Shown piece after piece: positions 1-10,200 of a stretch of DNA of 64,000 nucleotides. Below the pieces are notes generated by a model, which was not told the origin of the DNA, did no database searches, and worked only from the letters and a program-made list of their open reading frames with translations. Made by a program: the position numbers and the translations under genes. Source of the stretch: Escherichia coli (lineage in GTDB: Bacteria > Pseudomonadota > Gammaproteobacteria > Enterobacterales > Enterobacteriaceae); NCBI RefSeq assembly GCF_024502345.1, contig NZ_JALDNN010000001.1, one strand, 5' to 3'. The number at the start of each line of letters is the position of its first letter. Within the stretch, counting starts at the first letter, position 1.

Positions 1-391
1 CTTCACCGAAGACCTTCAGCCCGGTGGAATCAATTACCAGGTGTGCGATTTCACCCCGGGTGGGCGTTTTGAAACTGACGTTAACCGACTTTGCCCGCCT
101 GCTGACACAGCTGTAATCCGGGCAGCGTAGCGGAACGTTCATCAGAGAAAAAATGGAATCAATAAAGCCCTGCGCAGCGCGCAGGGTCAGCCTGAATACG
201 CGTTTAATGACCAGCACAGTCGTGATGGCAAGGTCAGAATAGCGCTGAGGTCTGCCTCGTGAAGAAGGTGTTGCTGACTCATACCAGGCCTGAATAGCTT
301 CATTATCCAGCCAGAAAGTTATGGAGCCACGGTTGATGAGGGCTTTATTGTAGGTGGGCCAGTTGGTGATTTTGAACTTTTGCTTTGCCAC
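1..391 (-). CDS. IS903-type DDE transposase, N-terminal part (truncated by window edge)
   Basis: GTG start at 389-391 (minus). Hand translation VAKQKFKITNWPTYNKALINRGSITFWLD... matches my recall of the IS903 transposase. Absent from the ORF track because it is open at the window edge. Confidence 0.8.
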   Translation of the reverse strand, partial: MAKQKFKITNWPTYNKALINRGSITFWLDNEAIQAWYESATPSSRGRPQRYSDLAITTVLVIKRVFRLTLRAAQGFIDSIFSLMNVPLRCPDYSCVSRRAKSVNVSFKTPTRGEIAHLVIDSTGLKVFGE

Positions 392-468
392 GGAACGGTC
401 TGCGTTGTCGGGAAGATACGTGATCTGATCCTTCAACTCAGCAAAAGTTCGATTTATTCAACAAAGCC
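1..468 (-). mobile_element. IS903-like element (IS5 family), one end only; runs off the window
   Basis: Reverse complement of 451-468 reads GGCTTTGTTGAATAAATC, the IS903-type terminal inverted repeat. A transposase frame follows. Confidence 0.85.
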
Positions 469-799
469 GCCCTGAAGTAAGAAAATGGTAATAGACCCCA
501 CCGATTTTCGACTAAAAAACAACCCAATAAGGCATTTAAAATTAATGCTATTTAAATCAATAGATTAAAGTGATGATTTTGACAATATGCAGCCCAACTT
601 AAGGGTAAATCAACCTTTCAACAATCAAAACCACACTCCATTAATTTTTATTATTGTGACAATCATCACATTTTACACCTGCGGGTGCTTTGATTTTGTA
701 CATTCACAAAGCTCACCAACCCCAACGACTATGAACGTAAAAAACCTCTTTTTATGCACATATTATTTCCATGTAAATCAATTCATTATGGAGATAATC

Positions 800-1153
800 A
801 TGTTCAAGCTCACGACACCCACCAGTCTTCCCCTTCTCAAACTGTCCGCCTCCGCGCTGGAAGCCCTCAGCAATGAAATCCTTGGCCCCGTCGATGATAT
901 CGACCTGTTTACCGCCTTCTGGAACGAAACGGAAACCCTGCTCTGGCATCTCAACCATGATGACACGCTGCCCGAAGACCCGCTGCTGGCAGTTGCACTG
1001 GCTAACCCGGAATACGTCACCGCACTTGATGATGGCTGGTATCTGCTTCTCGGTATCGTCTGTGATAACGGACAGGGTATCTATCTGGTATTCCCGGACA
1101 CGACCATTATCACTCAACTCCAGAACCTGATTGAGGCGCTGAACCATGAGTAA
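800..1153 (+). CDS. hypothetical protein (117 aa)
   Basis: ORF 587-1153 trimmed to the ATG at 800, which is preceded by GGAGA. Its stop overlaps the next start (ATGAGTAA). Confidence 0.55.
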   Translation: MFKLTTPTSLPLLKLSASALEALSNEILGPVDDIDLFTAFWNETETLLWHLNHDDTLPEDPLLAVALANPEYVTALDDGWYLLLGIVCDNGQGIYLVFPDTTIITQLQNLIEALNHE

Positions 1154-1577
1154 GAAAAAAATCGCTACCGAAGCCGCCGTCATCGAAAGCTATACCGTGT
1201 TCTACAGGGGTGAAGCCGAGAAAATCAGTCCCCACAGTAAGGGTCTGCTGACGTATGAGTTGGGTAAAGAGGGTGAAACCGGAAGCCTTGCCCTGCGCTT
1301 AACCGCCAATGGCGAAGGGGGGCTGTTCTCCCGTGAATGGATAGCGCTTGATGCGATTCACGCCATTCTTGAACAACAGCAGGACAGTTTCCCGTCCCGG
1401 GTATTCCGCCCGCTGTTTGGTCAGGGCAGCACCAACAACGCCGGGTTTCTTGCCGCTGTACTGAGAAGCCCGGATATCTGTCTTATCGAGGCGGACAGCA
1501 GCAGACTCTTTATGCACCGCTGCTACGCCGACTGGCCGCATCGTATGACGCAGCTTGCCGCACTCAGCCAGGACTAA
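1146..1577 (+). CDS. hypothetical protein (143 aa)
   Basis: ORF-track ORF with an 8-nt overlap with the upstream gene, suggesting translational coupling. Confidence 0.6.
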   Translation: MSKKKIATEAAVIESYTVFYRGEAEKISPHSKGLLTYELGKEGETGSLALRLTANGEGGLFSREWIALDAIHAILEQQQDSFPSRVFRPLFGQGSTNNAGFLAAVLRSPDICLIEADSSRLFMHRCYADWPHRMTQLAALSQD

Positions 1578-1623
1578 TCCCCACTTTTTCTGTGTTCCAT
1601 ACCCCTTAAAAAGGAAATTCACT

Positions 1624-2052
1624 ATGTCATCACCCGCTATATTGCAGGGCGGCTATGTGCTGCCTCTCTCCCGGTCGTTCACCCAACTGCTTCTGGATAT
1701 CCTCGCGCAAAAACCGCCTCATCGTCACCCCATCACCGGATTAACCATTAACTTCCGTGACCCTGAATACTCACCGGAAAAGGGCGGCTGGCATCCGGTC
1801 GAAATACGCCTCATCCCTGCCGGAGAAGACTGGCAGCTCGATTACGTCACCGATTTTCACTATGCAGGACATCCATGGCCTGAGCTTGAAAAAGATGTCG
1901 ATGTGAGCTGGACGCAACAATACACGTGGCTTTCCCGTTGTGGCGATATCTCTCATGTCGACGCCCGTGAGTTCTGGTCGCTATGGGAAAGTAACTTTAT
2001 GGCTTACCACGATATGGGGGTTTTCACGGTCCGTACGTTGTGGGAAAGCTGA
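1624..2052 (+). CDS. hypothetical protein, possibly DUF2787-like
   Basis: ORF 1555-2052 trimmed to the ATG at 1624 after AAGGAA. The family assignment is from memory only. Confidence 0.5.
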   Translation: MSSPAILQGGYVLPLSRSFTQLLLDILAQKPPHRHPITGLTINFRDPEYSPEKGGWHPVEIRLIPAGEDWQLDYVTDFHYAGHPWPELEKDVDVSWTQQYTWLSRCGDISHVDAREFWSLWESNFMAYHDMGVFTVRTLWES

Positions 2053-2110
2053 GTGTTCACTACGTTTCCCCCGCATCCCCCCTCTCCCCCATAGTAAGGA
2101 ACTGAATGTT

Positions 2111-2575
2111 ATGTACCGGCTTCTGCTGCTTAACTTCGTGGATTCATTTATCGATAACTGCATTCTGTCCTGCGTCGATGAACCGGCTTACGGCGGTATC
2201 GTGCAGTGCGAACTGCTTTTTGGCCTTGCCGCACACAGCGGTATCTATGTGGGTAACGGCGATATTGTTCATCTTGATGGCGATGGAACCGTTATCAAAA
2301 GTAAGGCTAAAGGTTTTCTTGACCGGCTCGATGGCTGGAACTCCGCTATCTCGGTGTATACCGACTGTATGGATTTGACGCCTCAGGGTTGTGCGCGGGC
2401 CGCTGAACGGGCAAAGGCGGCAGTGGGTCAGCGCTATCCTTATAGCCTGCTCGACTTTAACTGCCACCGGTTTACTGCCCGCTGCGTTACCGGCGATTCG
2501 TGCCCTGATATCTGGCTTGCCAGACACCTCGATACATTTCAGAAAGGGGACCGATGGCGCGTATGGCAACGATGA
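2111..2575 (+). CDS. LRAT / NlpC-P60 (NC-domain) family putative thiol hydrolase or acyltransferase
   Basis: Motifs HSGIYVGNGDIVH and LLDFNCHRF match the His and NCxxF Cys signature of the LRAT/H-rev107 family. Confidence 0.6.
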   Translation: MYRLLLLNFVDSFIDNCILSCVDEPAYGGIVQCELLFGLAAHSGIYVGNGDIVHLDGDGTVIKSKAKGFLDRLDGWNSAISVYTDCMDLTPQGCARAAERAKAAVGQRYPYSLLDFNCHRFTARCVTGDSCPDIWLARHLDTFQKGDRWRVWQR

Positions 2576-2793
2576 AAGCCAGCCGTTGCAGGCAACGTGT
2601 CACCGGACAGGGAGAACGGCTTATCCGGCTGACCATGGTGCTGTTTTACGGTCAGACAATATCTGTTCGCTACATCATCCGGCAGTTTGACGTGTCTCCC
2701 CGCACAGCAAGACGGGACCTCGCTCAACTGGCCTTTGTGCTGGAATCCGCTGGCCCTCACCTCTGGCGACTGGCTCCCTCGCTGAAACCCTGA
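2554..2793 (+). CDS. small putative HTH protein (79 aa)
   Basis: Overlaps the upstream gene by 22 nt. The segment VSPRTARRDLAQL resembles a DeoR/YafY-type HTH recognition helix. Confidence 0.4.
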   Translation: MARMATMKASRCRQRVTGQGERLIRLTMVLFYGQTISVRYIIRQFDVSPRTARRDLAQLAFVLESAGPHLWRLAPSLKP

Positions 2794-2867
2794 CTTTTTT
2801 CTCTGCCGGACATCTCCTGACCACCCCGTATGGCAGGCTGTCTCCGCTTTTCAATCCATAAGGGAAC

Positions 2868-3254
2868 ATGATGAAAATTTCTAAACTGTTAACCGCCACA
2901 CTTCTGCTTTCAGCCTTCAGCCACAGCGCATTTGCCGACGAGCAGGCTGACGCTCAGATGATAACCAACTCGACCTTCTGTGCGATGTACTCCACCCGCC
3001 TGACCCAGACCAGTGACAGCGGCCTTCAGGTAAAAGGCGTCAATCTCAATGCCCGCATCAACGGACCGGTATTCAACAGGGTACTTCAGGTGATGAACAA
3101 AACCTATGGCAGAACCTGGCTCGAATCAAATGCCCGTAACGGCAGCATGACCGCCATGCAGCTTTCGCAGTCGGAGCTGCTTTATAACCCGGAATATGCC
3201 CGGCAGTGCGATGCCTTTGCGGATAAAGTGGAAAAGGAATGGCGCGGAAAGTAA
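2868..3254 (+). CDS. secreted hypothetical protein
   Basis: N-terminal signal peptide MMKISKLLTATLLLSAFSHSAFA/DE. Confidence 0.65.
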   Translation: MMKISKLLTATLLLSAFSHSAFADEQADAQMITNSTFCAMYSTRLTQTSDSGLQVKGVNLNARINGPVFNRVLQVMNKTYGRTWLESNARNGSMTAMQLSQSELLYNPEYARQCDAFADKVEKEWRGK

Positions 3255-3287
3255 TCCCGACGCGTTATACCTCCATCCGGTGAACAG

Positions 3288-3318
3288 AAACCTGCTTTCG
3301 GGCAGGTTTTTTTTACTT
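3288..3318 (+). terminator. rho-independent terminator
   Basis: AAACCTGC / GCAGGTTT stem followed by a T8 run, directly after the 2868-3254 gene. Confidence 0.75.
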
Positions 3319-3332
3319 TTTTATTTTTCAGG

Positions 3333-3349
3333 CGGACAAACCCTGTCCG
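3333..3349. promoter_or_regulatory. palindrome CGGACA-N5-TGTCCG (candidate WYL-regulator operator)
   Basis: Perfect 6-bp arms. Near-identical copy at 4189-4207 and a related copy at 47106-47133. Confidence 0.45.
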
Positions 3350-3396
3350 GGGGCTTCCTTAAACTGTCAGGTCCAATATCTGCAATGAGGTGAAAT

Positions 3397-4146
3397 ATGG
3401 CTACCTACCGACACGACCCTGATCTTGAATTTCTGCGCCACTGCCATCGTGACGATCTGGATTTACTGGTTTCTGTGCTTATCTGCGATCCGAAAGACGG
3501 ACTGGCACGCATCACGGAAACGCTGACCTATGATCCTCAGTATAAAAAACACAAGCCCAACCACCCGCGCTACTGGGATGCCATTGCCGCCGAGGTTCAG
3601 ACGTTTGGGGCGAACAGCTTTGCCACGCTGCTCCGCTGGGGTAAAGGGGTGCTGTACCGGGAAATTCTCACCGATGCCTGCGATAAAATGAAGGTGAACT
3701 ACAACAACAAATCCAGTGTTGAAACCATTGAAATGAATCTGCTGATGAAGATCCTGGAGAAAAGTCTTGAGAAGATGACGCCTGACCAGCTAAAGACCGT
3801 GGCGGAAGAATTGCAGACAGGCTACAGCAACCCCACGCCGGAGTTGCTGACCATGGCAATCCAGGCGGGGATAAAAACATCCGGGTTTGCGGCCTATCAG
3901 ATGGCACTTGTTGTCACAAATGGTGTGGCGAAAGCCCTGTTAGGCAGAGGGCTGACCGTTGCAGGAAATGCCATGCTGACGCGTACCATGGGCGCTTTTG
4001 CCGGTCCCGTGGGCTGGGTGCTCAGTTCTCTCTGGCTGCTGATTGATTTAGCCGGTCCCGCATACCGGGTGACGCTACCATCCTGCATTTTTATTGCCTA
4101 CATGCGCCAGAAGCATCTTTATTCACCTGAGAATACTGACGTTTAG
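3397..4146 (+). CDS. YaaW-like protein (DUF3944 N-terminus plus UPF0174-like region), hydrophobic C-terminus
   Basis: N-terminus YRHDPDLEFLRHCHRDDLDLLVSVL...DGLARITETLT resembles the DUF3944/YaaW pattern (from memory). The C-terminus has hydrophobic segments. Confidence 0.5.
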   Translation: MATYRHDPDLEFLRHCHRDDLDLLVSVLICDPKDGLARITETLTYDPQYKKHKPNHPRYWDAIAAEVQTFGANSFATLLRWGKGVLYREILTDACDKMKVNYNNKSSVETIEMNLLMKILEKSLEKMTPDQLKTVAEELQTGYSNPTPELLTMAIQAGIKTSGFAAYQMALVVTNGVAKALLGRGLTVAGNAMLTRTMGAFAGPVGWVLSSLWLLIDLAGPAYRVTLPSCIFIAYMRQKHLYSPENTDV

Positions 4147-4188
4147 CACTTACATTTAAGGTATTCAGACTTTAAAAAACTTCAGAGG

Positions 4189-4207
4189 GCGGACAAATCC
4201 TGTCCGC
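4189..4207. promoter_or_regulatory. palindrome GCGGACA-N5-TGTCCGC (candidate operator upstream of WYL regulator gene)
   Basis: Perfect 7-bp arms, 42 nt upstream of the ATG at 4249. Confidence 0.45.
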
Positions 4208-4248
4208 TACTGCTGGCATCATTTCCCGGCTAAATTCGGAAATGATGT

Positions 4249-4962
4249 ATGACGCTGATAACACAAGAAAACGAACATGACAGACTGGCAACCCGCCTTT
4301 CCATCATCCTGAGCCGTTTGTTTCAGGGTGAAAAGCTGCATATCGGGACGCTGGCAGAAGAATTTGGAGTGACGACGCGAACGCTGCGACGGGATTTCAA
4401 CGTCCGTCTGACCTACCTTGATATTGAACAGAGCAACGGCGTGTATCAGCTTGCCTCACATTACTTTCGTCGCCGCACGGAACGGGATATGAAGATACTG
4501 GCGAGGTTGCTGCATCTTGACCGTCTGTTACCCGCGATGGATGCCAAACTACTGAGCCTGATGCTTGACGGGGAACGTCCCTCGCCATACAGGATTATGC
4601 TACCGGAGCCGCGCCAGAAACCCACCCTTTTCGGTGATTTCAGCAGACTGACGCTCGCCATACTTAACCAGACCCAGGTGCGTATCAGAACCGACGAAAA
4701 CGTCAGCCATACCGTTCATCCCTACCGTCTGCTTTGCAGCCATGCGGAGTGGTTTCTTGCCGGATGTACGTCATCGGGCGTGTTCGTTATTTCCCTGTCC
4801 CGAATCAGGCTGGTTGAGGTATTACCGGATACAACGTTTGAGATCGATAACACACTCATTTCGCTGATTGAACAGTCTGACTTTATGGAAGCCTTACCCC
4901 ACATGAACATTATTCATCAGATAATGCATTACGGGAGTAAACAGACGAATAATCGTAATTAA
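4249..4962 (+). CDS. HTH plus WYL-domain transcriptional regulator (YfjR/YafY-like)
   Basis: N-terminus DRLATRLSIILSRLFQGEKLHIGTLAEEFGVTTRTLRRDF is a typical YafY-type HTH. Clear paralogue of the 47188-47916 product. Confidence 0.75.
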   Translation: MTLITQENEHDRLATRLSIILSRLFQGEKLHIGTLAEEFGVTTRTLRRDFNVRLTYLDIEQSNGVYQLASHYFRRRTERDMKILARLLHLDRLLPAMDAKLLSLMLDGERPSPYRIMLPEPRQKPTLFGDFSRLTLAILNQTQVRIRTDENVSHTVHPYRLLCSHAEWFLAGCTSSGVFVISLSRIRLVEVLPDTTFEIDNTLISLIEQSDFMEALPHMNIIHQIMHYGSKQTNNRN

Positions 4963-5002
4963 AATCACAACATATTATTAGTGATGATTAAATCACATTA
5001 AC

Positions 5003-5332
5003 ATGATAAGTGAGAAAGTTATGATTATCGATAAAGAATACGCACTTGTAAATGCAACAGCAAGACTTAACACTGACCTGAGGGATTATGAATATGAAAT
5101 AAACAACGCCGCCATCATAACATTTGGCAATGACCTCATTGAGGTAATCGTATATCAGTTCAGCTTTGTCATCAGCATCAGGGCAGAGGGTGAAAAAATA
5201 AAGCACGGCCTACTTGTTAACTTCGGTAAAAATATAGCAAGACAGGTTTCATCACTTTGTGCATCCGCAATGCGAGTCTACCCGAATGAAAAACACAAAC
5301 CGAGCCGTCAGCTTTTCCATTGCATAAATTAG
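5003..5332 (+). CDS. hypothetical protein (109 aa), AT-rich
   Basis: ORF-track ORF only, lying between the WYL regulator and the DUF262/DUF1524 gene. Confidence 0.3.
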   Translation: MISEKVMIIDKEYALVNATARLNTDLRDYEYEINNAAIITFGNDLIEVIVYQFSFVISIRAEGEKIKHGLLVNFGKNIARQVSSLCASAMRVYPNEKHKPSRQLFHCIN

Positions 5333-5393
5333 TTTGTGCAAAGACTGTACTACCGACACGCAATAAATTAAAATAGGCCAGCTAATATAACAT

Positions 5394-7271
5394 ATGAGGT
5401 TTATGATGGCTGGCCAGTATGAAAAAGCAATAACGATAAAACAAGCGATAGATTCAATTAATTTACGCCACTATCTTCTGCCTGCAATTCAGAGGAAGTT
5501 CGTCTGGAGCAGCAGTCAAATATGTTTGCTGTTTGATTCCATCATGCGAGACTACCCGATAAACTCTTTCATGATGTGGGATATCCGTAGTGCCAGTATT
5601 AAAAATGATTACAAATTCTATGAATTCCTGAAAGAATACTGTCAGCGATTTAATGAAGAAAACCCCTGCGTAGCAACAAATGCTGGATTTCATGATTTCA
5701 AGGCGGTGATTGATGGTCAGCAGCGTCTCACATCATTATATATTGGATTGTGTGGAACGTATGCGTATAAACAGCCCCGGGTGTGGTGGCCTTCGGCACA
5801 GGATGATCGCATCCTGCCGCCCAGAAAGCTTTACGTCGATTTAACAGCGCCACTTAATTCAGACGATGAGCTCATGATGAAGTATAACTTCAGGTTCCTG
5901 ACCGACAAGCAATACGCTGATTCACTTACAGACAACAAGCATCACTGGTTCTGCCTGCACGAAATATTCAAATACGAGCAACATGATTCGCCTGATGATA
6001 TTTTATTTAACGTTGTCGTACCAGAACTCGAAAAAAGAGGACTCATTTCCAGTGAATTTTCCAGAAAAACATTACTGAGACTTTATACAAAAATAAGAAC
6101 TGAGAACATCATCCACTACTTCAATGAGAGTAGTCAGGATATTGACCATGTGCTGGATGTTTTCATACGCACGAACAGCGGGGGGACAAAACTTGAGTTC
6201 TCCGACTTACTGATGTCAATAGCGGTAGCGCACTGGCAGGGTGATTTCAGAAGAGAACTGGATGAACTGACAAAAAACATTTATCAGAATAATGAAATGG
6301 GGTTTTATATTGAAAGAGACTGGTTCTTAAAAACCAGCCTGATGCTTATTGACTCTGACGTCCGGTTCAAAGTAAAAAACTTCACTTCAGAGGAGGTCGG
6401 TAAGATACAACAACAATGGTCTGAAATAAAATCCTGCATCAAGGAGACTTTTATTCTTATCAGGCGATTCGGCATCAATCCACAGTCTTTGATATCTAAA
6501 AATGCAGTCATTCCTGTGGTCTACTGGCTTTACAAAAAGCAAACCAGTGGACATCCATTATATACAACGATTAACCTCCTGAATAAAAACCACAATGAAC
6601 GCTCAGTAATTAGCCAGTGGTTTTACATGGTACTTCTGAAAGGGATCTTTGGAAGCCAGGCAGATGCGCTACTCACGAGTATCAGAGATGTAATGAAAAA
6701 TAGTCTTTCAGATATTCACTTTCCTCTTGAAAAGATTATTGACAGATATAAAGGCTCGAATAAAGACCTCAGATTTGACGACGAATACATCGAAAGCCTT
6801 CTCAATATCAGATATGGCGAAGGTCGTTGCCGCGCACTATTGCATCTTCTGTTCCCTGAAATGAATCCGACCGAGGTGTTTCATATTGATCACCTTCACC
6901 CAAGAAATCACTTCTCAAAGAAATATCTTGAAAAATTAGATTATGTTGCGAACTCACCAGAGAACCTCAGCTTTTATGAAAACCCGGAACACTGGGACAC
7001 CATACCTAATCTTCATTTACTGAATCATTCTCAGAATATAAGTAAACAGGATACTTCCCTGAAACAATGGCTATCTCAGCCATCAAACAACTATTCGCCA
7101 TCAATGCTGTTAGTTTCAGATGAAAATATTGAGTTCAGTCGCTTCCCGGAATTCTACAATGAACGAAGAAACGCCCTGAAGCAAAGACTACTGAATCGGG
7201 TATTTCTTACAACAAAAATAGATTCATCACCATCCACAATCGATACGGATGAAGAAATTCTCACCGACTGA
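5394..7271 (+). CDS. GmrSD-like DUF262/DUF1524 protein (putative Type IV modification-dependent nuclease)
   Basis: The N-terminal DUF262 hallmark DGQQRLTS is present. The C-terminus has a His-Me finger-like HIDHLHPRNHF...NLHLLNHSQNISK, as in DUF1524. Confidence 0.75.
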   Translation: MRFMMAGQYEKAITIKQAIDSINLRHYLLPAIQRKFVWSSSQICLLFDSIMRDYPINSFMMWDIRSASIKNDYKFYEFLKEYCQRFNEENPCVATNAGFHDFKAVIDGQQRLTSLYIGLCGTYAYKQPRVWWPSAQDDRILPPRKLYVDLTAPLNSDDELMMKYNFRFLTDKQYADSLTDNKHHWFCLHEIFKYEQHDSPDDILFNVVVPELEKRGLISSEFSRKTLLRLYTKIRTENIIHYFNESSQDIDHVLDVFIRTNSGGTKLEFSDLLMSIAVAHWQGDFRRELDELTKNIYQNNEMGFYIERDWFLKTSLMLIDSDVRFKVKNFTSEEVGKIQQQWSEIKSCIKETFILIRRFGINPQSLISKNAVIPVVYWLYKKQTSGHPLYTTINLLNKNHNERSVISQWFYMVLLKGIFGSQADALLTSIRDVMKNSLSDIHFPLEKIIDRYKGSNKDLRFDDEYIESLLNIRYGEGRCRALLHLLFPEMNPTEVFHIDHLHPRNHFSKKYLEKLDYVANSPENLSFYENPEHWDTIPNLHLLNHSQNISKQDTSLKQWLSQPSNNYSPSMLLVSDENIEFSRFPEFYNERRNALKQRLLNRVFLTTKIDSSPSTIDTDEEILTD

Positions 7272-7474
7272 ACGTTCAGCCCCGATAGTATTGGGGCTTC
7301 AGTATTTATCATCAGCGCAACGTTTCTACTGGCCTGGCTGAAAGAGCATTGGCTACACAACCGGGCAAACGAACTCTCAGTGCAACGTATGACATACAAA
7401 GCCTGTCATCAATATGAAATTGCGATAAAATCGGGCCAATAACAGTACTTAAGAATCATACAACAGGATACAAA

Positions 7475-9031
7475 ATGACAAGCCTTCAGCAGCGTGCAGA
7501 GCTACACCGTCAAATCTGGGCCATTGCCAATGATGTCAGAGGCTCCGTAGATGGGTGGGATTTTAAACAGTATGTACTCGGTGCACTTTTCTACCGCTTC
7601 ATCAGTGAGAATTTTTCCAGCTACATGGAAGCAGGGGATGAGAGCATACATTATGCAGCACTTGATGACAGCATCATTACCGATGACATCAAAGACGATG
7701 CCATCAGGACTAAAGGCTATTTCATCTACCCGAGCCAGCTGTTCTGCAACGTTGCCGCTAAAGCGAACACCAACGACAGGCTGAATGCTGATTTAAACAG
7801 TATCTTCGTCGCTATAGAAAGCTCTGCCTACGGCTACCCGTCAGAGGCCGACATCAAAGGCCTGTTCGCCGATTTCGATACGACCAGCAATCGACTGGGG
7901 AACACAGTTAAAGACAAAAACAGCCGTCTTGCCGCGGTTCTGAAAGGGGTTGAAGGGTTAAAACTTGGTGACTTCAACGAACATCAGATTGACCTGTTCG
8001 GTGATGCCTATGAGTTCCTGATTTCTAACTATGCCGCAAATGCCGGTAAGTCAGGCGGTGAGTTCTTTACACCGCAGCACGTCTCCAAGCTGATTGCACA
8101 ACTGGCTATGCACGGGCAGACCAGCGTTAACAAAATCTACGACCCGGCAGCGGGTTCCGGCTCACTGTTGTTGCAGGCGAAAAAACAGTTTGATAACCAC
8201 ATCATCGAAGAAGGCTTTTTCGGTCAGGAAATCAACCATACGACCTATAACCTGGCGCGTATGAACATGTTTTTGCACAATATCAACTACGACAAGTTTG
8301 ATATCAAGCTGGGTAATACACTGACTGAGCCGCACTTCAGAGATGAAAAACCGTTTGACGCCATCGTATCTAATCCACCGTATTCGGTGAAATGGATTGG
8401 CAGCGATGACCCGACGCTGATTAACGATGAACGTTTTGCCCCGGCTGGCGTTCTGGCCCCCAAATCCAAAGCTGACTTTGCGTTTGTATTACATGCACTG
8501 AACTATCTTTCTGCCAAAGGTCGTGCTGCGATTGTCTGCTTCCCGGGTATTTTTTACCGTGGCGGCGCAGAGCAGAAAATCCGTCAATATCTGGTCGACA
8601 ATAACTATGTCGAAACCGTGATTTCACTGGCACCGAACCTGTTCTTTGGCACCACCATTGCCGTCAATATTCTGGTGCTGTCTAAACATAAAACGGATAC
8701 CAAAGTTCAGTTTATTGATGCCAGCGAATTATTCAAAAAAGAGACTAACAACAATATCCTGACCGATGCCCATATCGAACAGATTATGCAGGTATTTGCC
8801 AGCAAGGAAGATGTTGCTCATCTGGCGAAATCTGTCGCGTTTGAGACCGTTGTCGCTAATGACTATAACCTGTCGGTGAGCTGCTATGTAGAAGCGAAAG
8901 ATAACCGCGAAATTATCAATATTGCTGAGCTAAATGCAGAGCTTAAAACTACGGTTAGCAAAATCGACCAGTTGCGTAAAGATATTGATGCGATTGTGGC
9001 TGAAATTGAAGGCTGCGAGGTGCAGAAATGA
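7475..9031 (+). CDS. hsdM: Type I (family IC) restriction-modification methyltransferase subunit
   Basis: Near-identical, by recall, to EcoR124I HsdM ([15 protein letters not shown]...). Motifs [10 protein letters not shown] and NPPY are present. Confidence 0.95.
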   Translation: MTSLQQRAELHRQIWAIANDVRGSVDGWDFKQYVLGALFYRFISENFSSYMEAGDESIHYAALDDSIITDDIKDDAIRTKGYFIYPSQLFCNVAAKANTNDRLNADLNSIFVAIESSAYGYPSEADIKGLFADFDTTSNRLGNTVKDKNSRLAAVLKGVEGLKLGDFNEHQIDLFGDAYEFLISNYAANAGKSGGEFFTPQHVSKLIAQLAMHGQTSVNKIYDPAAGSGSLLLQAKKQFDNHIIEEGFFGQEINHTTYNLARMNMFLHNINYDKFDIKLGNTLTEPHFRDEKPFDAIVSNPPYSVKWIGSDDPTLINDERFAPAGVLAPKSKADFAFVLHALNYLSAKGRAAIVCFPGIFYRGGAEQKIRQYLVDNNYVETVISLAPNLFFGTTIAVNILVLSKHKTDTKVQFIDASELFKKETNNNILTDAHIEQIMQVFASKEDVAHLAKSVAFETVVANDYNLSVSCYVEAKDNREIINIAELNAELKTTVSKIDQLRKDIDAIVAEIEGCEVQK

Positions 9032-10200
9032 GCGAGTTGAGTTATCTGGAAAAATTGCTGGATGGGGTTGAGGTTGAGTGGAAATCATTGGGAGATGTTG
9101 TAAATTTTCAGCGCGGAAGGCGGCTCGTAAAATCTCAGTTAGAAACCAGAGGTAAATATGCGGTTTACCAAAACAGCATGACACCACTCGGTTACTATCA
9201 TGAGTATAATGTCGCAGCTCAATCTTCGTTCATTATCTGTGCGGGTGCAGCCGGTGAAATTGGTTATAGCGAAAATGAATTTTGGGCTGCCGACGATGTT
9301 CATTTCGCAATCACACCAGAATATATAAATGACAGGTTTTTGTTTCATTTTTTGTTGACGCAAAAGAATAAAATTTCAGGACAAGTACGCCGTGCCAGTA
9401 TTCCGCGTCTCTCAAAGTCAGTAATTGAAAAACTTGAATTCCCCATCCCCTGCCCGGATAATCCGGAAAAGTCCCTTGCCATCCAGTCTGAAATCGTTCG
9501 GATTCTGGATAAATTTACTGCACTTACCGCTGAGCTTACCGCTGAGCTTAACATGCGTAAAAAACAGTACAACTACTATCGCGACCAGTTGCTGAGTTTT
9601 GATGAGGGTGAGGTTGAGTGGAAGGCTTTGGAGGAAGTCTCAACTTTTGCTAATGGAAAGGGGCATGAAAAAGACATATCAGAAGACGGTAAATATATTG
9701 TTGTAAACTCTAAGTTTATATCTACCAATGGCGAAGTCGCCAAGTTATCAAACAAACAGCTATGCCCTCTTTTTAAAGACGATATTCTTTTGGTTATGAG
9801 TGACCTGCCCAATGGCAAAGCACTTTCAAAAACATTTATTGTTGATGAAGATCATAAATACACTTTAAACCAACGTATTGGTGGAATTACAGTAAAAAAC
9901 AGTAATGAATTACTCCCTAAGTTTTTGCACTATTTTTTAAATAGAACCCCGCAATTGCTGAAACATGACAATGGTGTTGATCAAACAAATTTGCGTAAAG
10001 GTCAAATACTTGAAGTAAAAATACCAATAATTTCACTCATCAAACAAGTTCAGATCGTTGAAACTCTTGATAAATTCGATACTTACACTAAGTCGATTTC
10101 AGAAGGCCTCCCGCGCGAAATCGAGCTGCGCCATAAACAGTACGAGTACTATCGTGATTTATTGTTCAGCTTCCCGAGACCAGAAACCGCCAGCAACTGA
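9028..10200 (+). CDS. hsdS: Type IC specificity subunit
   Basis: 4-nt overlap with hsdM. Conserved IC regions are present ([34 protein letters not shown]... and [22 protein letters not shown]), with two variable TRDs. Confidence 0.95.
   Translation: MSELSYLEKLLDGVEVEWKSLGDVVNFQRGRRLVKSQLETRGKYAVYQNSMTPLGYYHEYNVAAQSSFIICAGAAGEIGYSENEFWAADDVHFAITPEYINDRFLFHFLLTQKNKISGQVRRASIPRLSKSVIEKLEFPIPCPDNPEKSLAIQSEIVRILDKFTALTAELTAELNMRKKQYNYYRDQLLSFDEGEVEWKALEEVSTFANGKGHEKDISEDGKYIVVNSKFISTNGEVAKLSNKQLCPLFKDDILLVMSDLPNGKALSKTFIVDEDHKYTLNQRIGGITVKNSNELLPKFLHYFLNRTPQLLKHDNGVDQTNLRKGQILEVKIPIISLIKQVQIVETLDKFDTYTKSISEGLPREIELRHKQYEYYRDLLFSFPRPETASN
9523..9550 (+). repeat. 12-bp tandem repeat CTTACCGCTGAG x2 (plus a 4-nt partial) encoding TAEL-TAEL in the hsdS central spacer
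   Basis: Read directly: 9523-9534 and 9535-9546 are identical. Confidence 0.95.
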
